A stretch of DNA of 64,000 nucleotides from an uncultured Chloroflexia bacterium. Its GTDB lineage: Bacteria; Chloroflexota; Limnocylindria; Limnocylindrales; CSP1-4. Every line of letters starts with the position of its first letter. Within the stretch, counting starts at the first letter, position 1. The notes beneath the pieces are model-generated. The model had not been told where the DNA came from, did no database searches, and saw only the letters and a list, made by a program, of their open reading frames with translations. Location of the stretch: NCBI GenBank assembly GCA_963746845.1, contig CAVVCZ010000004.1:192001-256000 (forward strand), written 5' to 3'. The position numbers and the translations under genes are program-made. Shown here one piece after another: positions 60,015 to 64,000 of the stretch.

Positions 60015-60902
60015 ATGGTTGCCGAGGGCTCCCCGCTCCTCGCCCCGCCGAATGGCCGGCGGCGGCCCGCCGAGTTCTCGGCGTCCGACATCCGCTGGCT
60101 CGCGTGGCACGAGGCGCGCTCGCACGCGCTGATCGGCCGCGAGGTCCGGGACCTCGGCGACGGGTGGCTCCTCCACGATCCCACCGATCGAGAGCCGTTC
60201 TGGAACCGCCTCGCGGGCATCGCCTGGCCCGCCGAACCGGCCGCGTTCGACGCGCGTCTCGCGGAGATCCTCGCCCTGTTCGCCGGTCTCGACCGGATCC
60301 CCCATCTCTGGCCGTTCCCGGGCTTCGACGACCCGCCGGACCTCGTGGATCGGCTCGTCGCGTTCGGGTTCGAGGACCACGGGGGCGGCCTGATGATGGC
60401 GCTCGATGTCGATCGGGTCTCGGCGGATGCGATCGTCCTGCCGGACGCCGATGGCCGGCAGGTGTCGGTGGAGCGCGTCCATCGTGTGGCGGGCATCGAC
60501 GCCGAGGTCGCCGCCCGGGCCATCACGGACGTCCTCGTGACCTCCTTCGCGGTCGAGCCGGAACGGCGGCTCGCGATCGAGCTGGAGACCGTGCTCGGCC
60601 TCGAGACCGAGCCATATCACGCGATCATCGTCCGCGTCGACGGGCAGCCGGCCGCCGTGGCGCGAAGGACGTCGTTCGCCGGCGGGAGCTACCTCTCGTC
60701 GATCGGGACCGTTCCCGAGCTGCGCGGGCTGGGTCTCGGCCGTCTCGCGACCTCGCTCGCGATCGTCGACGCGATCGCGGACCGCTCGCTGCGGATCTAC
60801 CTCGGGGTGTTCGAGGACAACGACGTGGCGCAGCGGCTGTACGAGTCCCTGGGCTTCGAGCGGGTCGGCGGGGTGAACCCCGATCTCCTGCTGCGGCCGT
60901 GA
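60015..60902 (+). CDS. GNAT family N-acetyltransferase
   Basis: IGTVPELRGLGLG, NDVAQRLYESLGF. Confidence 0.9.
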   Translation: MVAEGSPLLAPPNGRRRPAEFSASDIRWLAWHEARSHALIGREVRDLGDGWLLHDPTDREPFWNRLAGIAWPAEPAAFDARLAEILALFAGLDRIPHLWPFPGFDDPPDLVDRLVAFGFEDHGGGLMMALDVDRVSADAIVLPDADGRQVSVERVHRVAGIDAEVAARAITDVLVTSFAVEPERRLAIELETVLGLETEPYHAIIVRVDGQPAAVARRTSFAGGSYLSSIGTVPELRGLGLGRLATSLAIVDAIADRSLRIYLGVFEDNDVAQRLYESLGFERVGGVNPDLLLRP

Positions 60903-61396
60903 GCGGTGCCGACCAGGCCGGCCGGGTCGCGAACGAGCCGTCGGTCCTGGCCGGGCTGACGACGCTGGCGACGATCGTCGCGACCGTCGATCTCGAACGA
61001 GCCCTCGCGGATCTCGGCGAGCCGGCATCCGGGGTGGACGCCGTGTCGGCGATCGACGACCCGCATCTCGGGGCGGGCGTCGTCGTCGTGGACGCCGATC
61101 TCGACGGATGGATCGCCCTCGCCGAGCCCCGGACCGAGGGCCGCCTCACGGCGTGGCTTGCCCGGAACGGCGAAGGGATCGCTGGCCGCTACCTGGCGGC
61201 GGCGACCGGCGGACCGGAGGCGCCCGGCGCACCCGACGCGCTCGACGCGTTCCGGTCCCGGGCGGCGGCCGCCGGCGTCGACACCAGCCGCGTGGAGGTG
61301 GGCCCGTTCGGTCGATCGGTCCTGGTTCTCGCCGGTTCGGTCACCGGTCCGCACCTCGTCGTGGCCGAGCGGCGGACGCTACCATCGCGGCCATGA
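60899..61396 (+). CDS. hypothetical protein (VOC/glyoxalase-like)
   Basis: Coupled at both ends; ATVDLERA, LAEP...RLTAWLARNGEG. Confidence 0.6.
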   Translation: MSGADQAGRVANEPSVLAGLTTLATIVATVDLERALADLGEPASGVDAVSAIDDPHLGAGVVVVDADLDGWIALAEPRTEGRLTAWLARNGEGIAGRYLAAATGGPEAPGAPDALDAFRSRAAAAGVDTSRVEVGPFGRSVLVLAGSVTGPHLVVAERRTLPSRP

Positions 61397-61833
61397 CCGA
61401 ACGCAACCCGACCACGATCCGTCCGGCCACCGCCGCCGATGCGGAGCGGATCGCCGCGCTGTTCACCGACGAGGGCTATCCGGCCGGGCCGAGCGACATC
61501 GTCGAGCGTCTCGCGCGCTTCGACTCCCCGCACTCACGGGTCCTCGTCGCCGATCACGACGGTGAGGTCCTCGGTTTCGTCGCCGTCCACGCCCTGCCCC
61601 GGTTCGAGCACTCGGACCGGATCATCCGCGTCATGGCCCTCGTCGTCGACGCCGCGGTCCGCGAGCGAGGGATCGGCCGGCTCCTGATGGAGGCGGCGGA
61701 GGATCTCGGCCGGGAGGTCGGCGCGGCATTCGCGGAGGTCACCGCGGGTCATCACCGTCCCGACGCGCGCCGCCTGTACGAGGAGATCGGCTACGACGGC
61801 ACCGTTGCCGCCTACCTCCGGAAGCGGCTCTGA
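61393..61833 (+). CDS. GNAT family N-acetyltransferase
   Basis: LVVDAAVRERGIGRLLM, ARRLYEEIGY. Confidence 0.92.
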   Translation: MTERNPTTIRPATAADAERIAALFTDEGYPAGPSDIVERLARFDSPHSRVLVADHDGEVLGFVAVHALPRFEHSDRIIRVMALVVDAAVRERGIGRLLMEAAEDLGREVGAAFAEVTAGHHRPDARRLYEEIGYDGTVAAYLRKRL

Positions 61834-61870
61834 GCCCAGCGCCGACGATCGTCCCTGGCGCGGCGGACCG

Positions 61871-63220
61871 ATGACGGCCTTTCCGCGTCTGCGGCTGCGC
61901 GACACCGCGATCGATCTGGTCGACCTGCCGTGGGAGGCGGCCCTGGCCGACTGGCCGGCCGAGACGCTCGACTTCCGACATGTTCCGGTCGGCCCGTCGC
62001 GGCACCTCGTCCGGTTCCTCGCCGCGGGCGGCGTCCTGTACGCGCTGAAGGAGCTCCCGCTCGGGCCGGCCCGCCGGGAGTACCGCGTCCTCCTCCATCT
62101 CGAGGGCCTGCGCCTGCCGACCGTCGAGGCGGCGGGGATCGCCGAGGACCCGTCGGCGGATCGGGCGATCCTCGTGACGAAGTTCCTGCCGCACTCGCTC
62201 CAGTACCGGCGGCTGATGATGCGGCTCCCGCCGACGAGCGTGACCTACCGCGACCGGCTCCTCGACGCGATGGCCTTCCTCCTCGTCGACCTCCACCGCA
62301 CCGGCGTCTTCTGGGGCGACTGCTCACTCGCCAACACCCTGTTCCGCCGCGATGGCGACCGGATCCAGGCGTACCTCGTCGACGCCGAGACGAGCGAGGT
62401 CTTCCCGGCGCTGTCCGATGGGCAACGCGCCTACGACCTCGAGATCCTCGTCGAGAACGTCGCGTTCGGCCTGGCCGACCTGGCCGCGATGCAGGGCTGG
62501 GACGGGGAGTTCGACGAGTCGATCGCGGCCGCCGAGCGGGTCCGCGACCAGTACGGGCAGGTGTGGTCGCTGATCCATGACGAGCCGATCCTCCAGCCTG
62601 GCGACCGCCAGGCGATCCGGAGCCGCGTGCGGAAGCTGAACGAGCTGGGCTATTCGGTCGACCTGGAGGTCGACCCCGACGCAGCGGACGGACGGGTCCG
62701 CCTCCGGATGGGGGTGACCACGCGTCGCTTCCACGCCCGTGCGCTGGAACGGCGGACCCGGATCCGGGCGCTCGAGGGCCAGGCCCGGATGCTCCTCAAC
62801 GACCTCAACGAGTTCGAGGCCTGGAATGCCTGGCACGACGGTCACCCGTCGAGCCCGGAGGACGCCGCCGACCGATGGCTCCGCGAGGTCTACCGTCCGA
62901 CCCTCGCCCGGATCGCCGCCGCGGTCGGCCCGGATCGCGACCTCGTCCAGGCGTACTGCGACGTCCTGGAGGAGAAATGGTACCTGTCCGAGGGCGCCCA
63001 ACGCGACGTGGGCCTCGCCGAGGCGATCGACACGTACCTGGCGCTCGGTGCCCCGGCCCCCGAGACCGGCCGACGGGGCGACCCGACCGACGCCCTCGAC
63101 CCGGTGGAGCTGGATCTCGTCGAGCTGGGGTCGTTCCGGGACGAGCCGGCCGAGCCGCTCGTGGCGGGCGGAATCCCCGACGACGACCCGGACGAAGACG
63201 TGGCACCATCGGGCCGGTGA
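61871..63220 (+). CDS. DUF4032 / Kdo-kinase-like protein
   Basis: SRHLVRF, YALKE, FWGDCSLANTLFRRD, YLVDAET. Confidence 0.88.
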   Translation: MTAFPRLRLRDTAIDLVDLPWEAALADWPAETLDFRHVPVGPSRHLVRFLAAGGVLYALKELPLGPARREYRVLLHLEGLRLPTVEAAGIAEDPSADRAILVTKFLPHSLQYRRLMMRLPPTSVTYRDRLLDAMAFLLVDLHRTGVFWGDCSLANTLFRRDGDRIQAYLVDAETSEVFPALSDGQRAYDLEILVENVAFGLADLAAMQGWDGEFDESIAAAERVRDQYGQVWSLIHDEPILQPGDRQAIRSRVRKLNELGYSVDLEVDPDAADGRVRLRMGVTTRRFHARALERRTRIRALEGQARMLLNDLNEFEAWNAWHDGHPSSPEDAADRWLREVYRPTLARIAAAVGPDRDLVQAYCDVLEEKWYLSEGAQRDVGLAEAIDTYLALGAPAPETGRRGDPTDALDPVELDLVELGSFRDEPAEPLVAGGIPDDDPDEDVAPSGR

Positions 63221-64000
63221 ACCAGGGATCGGGGGCCGTCGCGGACGCCGTCATCCGCGTCGAGAACCTGCACAAGGCCTACGGCGACACGCGCGCCGTC
63301 GACGGCGTCAGCTTCGAGGTCGGGGCGGGAACGATCTTCGGCCTGCTCGGGCCGAACGGTGCCGGCAAGTCGACCACCGTCGAGATCCTCGAGGGGCTGC
63401 GCGAGCCGGACAGTGGCACCGTCAGCGTCCTCGGGATCGACGCCGTCCGCGACGCGGACGCCCTGCGCGCCCGGGTCGGCGTCTCGCTCCAGACCGCGGC
63501 GCTGTACCCGAAGCTCACCGTCACCGAGGTCCTGACCCTGTTCCGCGGGTTCTATCCATCGGGCCGGACGCCGAACGAGCTGATCGAGCTCATGGACCTC
63601 GGCGAGAAGCGCTCGACGCGGACCCAGAACCTGTCCGGCGGGCAGCGGCAGCGCCTGTCGGTCGCCCTGGCCCTCGTCAACGACCCCGAGCTCGTGTTCC
63701 TCGACGAGCCGACGACGGGCATGGATCCAGCCGCCCGGCGGGCGCTGTGGGACGTCGTCCTCGGGTTGCGCTCGGCCGGCCACACGGTGCTCCTGACGAC
63801 GCACTACCTCGAGGAGGCCGAGGTGCTGTGCGACCGGGTCGCGATCATGGACCACGGCAGGATCCTCGAGGAGGGCACGGTCGAGGAGCTCGTCAGCCGC
63901 CGGTTCAAGGAGCGGGCCGTCCGGTTCGACCCGATCGACGCGCTGCCGGACGCGCAGCTGACGGCCATGCCGGGTGTCACCCACGTCAAGCGCGAGGACG
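63217..64000 (+). CDS. ABC transporter ATP-binding protein (3'-truncated)
   Basis: GTG 63217; GPNGAGKST, LSGGQRQR, FLDEPTTG, TTHY; absent from the ORF track because no stop falls in the window. Confidence 0.93.
   Translation, partial: MNQGSGAVADAVIRVENLHKAYGDTRAVDGVSFEVGAGTIFGLLGPNGAGKSTTVEILEGLREPDSGTVSVLGIDAVRDADALRARVGVSLQTAALYPKLTVTEVLTLFRGFYPSGRTPNELIELMDLGEKRSTRTQNLSGGQRQRLSVALALVNDPELVFLDEPTTGMDPAARRALWDVVLGLRSAGHTVLLTTHYLEEAEVLCDRVAIMDHGRILEEGTVEELVSRRFKERAVRFDPIDALPDAQLTAMPGVTHVKRED

Overview
Very GC-rich, gene-dense chromosomal window. Gene content and protein style suggest Chloroflexota, possibly Limnocylindria/Ellin6529; this is an inference. Main blocks: (1) plsY divergent from a branched-chain 2-oxoacid dehydrogenase cluster (E3, E1a, E1b ... 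E2, lipA), which is interrupted by two DUF1801-like genes, an AlkZ-like glycosylase flanked by two inverted ~150-bp TIR elements, and a hydrolase. (2) An adenosine deaminase-like gene, a SufR-like regulator, an acyl-CoA dehydrogenase, an ECF sigma/anti-sigma pair and a sortase. (3) An 8-gene MoxR/DUF58/VWA/ABC operon. (4) DUF1015, tRNA-Glu(CTC), DUF1611 plus a dipeptide epimerase, an orphan DNA methyltransferase, a diguanylate cyclase and tRNA-Arg(TCT). (5) An OmpR-type two-component system with DUF5666 and HtrA genes, each unit preceded by an MprA-like TCTCAG-N5-TCTCAG box. (6) A BldC-like HTH, class-III aminotransferase, acyl-CoA dehydrogenase, GMC oxidoreductase, EamA, an ECF sigma coupled to an Ogt-AdaN fusion, and methyltransferase, cupredoxin, GNAT, DUF4032 and ABC genes. 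About 8 genes carry single-base frameshifts that look like long-read assembly errors, and many genes appear leaderless. I saw no CRISPR array, rRNA, transposase or integrase. All family calls are by eye from motifs; no database searches were run.
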